From NCBI GenBank assembly GCA_010909165.1, contig VJWM01000395.1:1-21314 (forward strand): DNA of 21,314 bases, given 5' to 3'. The position numbers were made by a program, and so were the translations under genes. A model generated the notes under the pieces. That model had not been told where the DNA came from. It did not search any database and was given only the letters and a program-made list of their open reading frames with translations. Shown here in pieces: positions 19,555-21,314 of the stretch; position 1 is the first letter of the stretch; every line of letters starts with the position of its first letter. This DNA is from Anthoceros angustus (Eukaryota; Plantae; Anthocerotophyta).

Positions 19555-21099
19555 ATGCCTAGTGGGAAGGTAAGTGTGGATGCGTGGAGGACGTGAGGAA
19601 GTCAAGAGCTTCTTTGAGTGAGCCGGACCGCCCCGTGAGCGCTCCGTAGGCGCGTGAGAGAGGAGCAGGCTCAGGAGAGCTCCGGCCAGTAAGCGCCGTA
19701 GATTTGTCGGATCGTGAGGAGAAGTAGCACAAAGTCAGTCGTGATGGGGAGTGGTTCCTCAACCCTGGCGTCATTGTCGATGTAACAACATCGACCAAAG
19801 CAATGCATCTCTTTGGAGGTAAGAAGGAGAGGGGCCGGAAACCTTCGTGGAGGATTCGTGTCTCGGGCGAACTTCAGAAGGTTGGATCTGCTTATCCAAA
19901 TTCGAGGTCCTTCGTAATGCTCGATGTAGTCTGGGAGGAAGCATGCGGCCGCCCTCGCTCCCCTCGACCTTCAGCATTGAAGGATGCCTTCTTGGAAAGA
20001 TTCCGTGGATTGACCAAGAAGGCTACCTATCTAAGCTAGAAATCAAGAGCGAGGCAAGACGGAGACGCGTTGGGATCGATACATTGACAGTTCTACTTGG
20101 GCCAAGACTCCCACCACACCACCACATGCAGTGACGTTGGTCTGCACATGGTGCCCACCTGCCAATGGCTAAGCATGTCTCATGTTGGCGAGAAAAGGAT
20201 GTAAGGCGGTCGGGCATGGAGAACTACGAGGGTGCACCAACAAAGGGAGGCGCCTCCAAAGTGGAAGAAGAAAAAAAAAGCGGGGTCAATCCAGGATGAA
20301 GAGCCCTCGAAGAGAGGACGAAGAAAGAGGGTTACCGGAGGAAGAAGAGGAGGTTAGGAAGAAGAACTGAGGGGCCTTGGAAGAGGAGGAACTCTCAAGA
20401 AATAAGAAGAAAAAGCTCGCGATTAAGCGGAGGGTCGAGAAGAAGGAGGTCATGATGCTCACGGGCCGAGAATTTCTCGCTGATCCAACCCTTTGAAGAG
20501 GTGGGCGGGGTTGAGGAAGACTGAACGGGTAATGGAAGCGGGTGGAAGAATTGACGATCAACCAGTGAAGAGAACGAGAAGGCGGAAGGCGGCCACCACG
20601 GACCCATCTATGGTGTGTGCGGTGTACCTGGCATTGGCATTCGAAGCGCCCTTCCGGACCCGTGAAACCAAGTGGAGTCGACTATGAGGAAGAGTCCGAG
20701 GGACGACCCGGGTGGGACGCCAAGTCACGGGAAGCATCACGGACATGATCCAAGAGGCGATGTACCACGGCGGACCGTAGTGCATCGACCTCCGACGACC
20801 AGCATGGAGCCTCCGGATTCTCAAGGCGGTGGTCTCATTGAATCGGTGGAACCCGGCACTACTCCAACGCGTGCCCATACTCCCCACTAAGGTAGCAGGG
20901 ATTTTGAACGCACCATTTGGAGCCATTTGACGCCGCCTTCCCCTCTCCTAAGACGCCATGGCAAGGTGCTCTGATTGAGGATGCCACCGGTGGCGGAGTG
21001 GGAAGAGGCGCCAAAGGAACTTGGGGTGGAGTAATGCAGCGGTTATTAAGGAGGGAAGGTAGACTCGAGGAGATGCTGAGGTGTCAACCCAAGCCGTGA
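19555..21099 (+). pseudogene. Accessory ORF C (resembles ORFs A and B), frameshifted
   Basis: Start MPSGK, then WFLNPGVIVDV, GYLSKLEIK, HGAHL, and a K/R/E-rich low-complexity linker. Confidence 0.5.
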
Positions 21100-21314
21100 A
21101 AGGAGCAAAAGGGAGAAGGTTACAATGTATTGTGACCATATCATCAGCGATGTAAGTGATAGTATTTGTCGATGTTAGCGGTAGGTTCTGCATCAATTGG
21201 ACCCGTCCTCCTATAGAACACCAAGACAAAAATCGAAAACTTGAGGTATTCGGCGCTGCCACTTTTTGGCCCCAGAACTCCATAGAATAGTTGAATCGTT
21301 GGGCATCTCCTACT

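Noticed and set aside
21130-21160. YIADD as an RT catalytic motif
   Set aside because: The spacing differs from YxDD and no flanking RT motifs are present.

Overview
This is eukaryotic, most likely land-plant, repetitive DNA: a nest of LTR retrotransposons with no recognisable host gene, RNA gene or CRISPR array. (1) A Ty3/Gypsy (chromovirus-like) gag-protease-RT region lies on the minus strand at 1-1778. Upstream of it is a long region holding two divergent, degraded accessory ORFs, A (minus) and B (plus). (2) A complete minus-strand Ty1/Copia element (3974-10597) has inserted into ORF A. It has ~150-bp LTRs, a tRNA-iMet-like PBS, a PPT and a GGTCTT target-site duplication, and removing it restores the frame of ORF A. 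It also carries extra coding-like segments both upstream of gag and downstream of RNase H. (3) The 5' end of a second LTR element follows (leader ORF, PBS, LTR 13637-13909). (4) An AT-rich LTR-like segment and a ~230-bp tandem duplication come next. (5) The 5' half of a third Copia element has gag, a very GC-rich leader and LTR 16695-16934. (6) The right end holds a coiled-coil ORF remnant, an array of quasi-palindromic repeats, a 90-bp LTR-like unit and a third accessory ORF (C) that resembles A and B. All coding regions are broken by frameshifts, whose bursty pattern may partly reflect read error rather than decay. All comparisons were made by eye and no database search was run.
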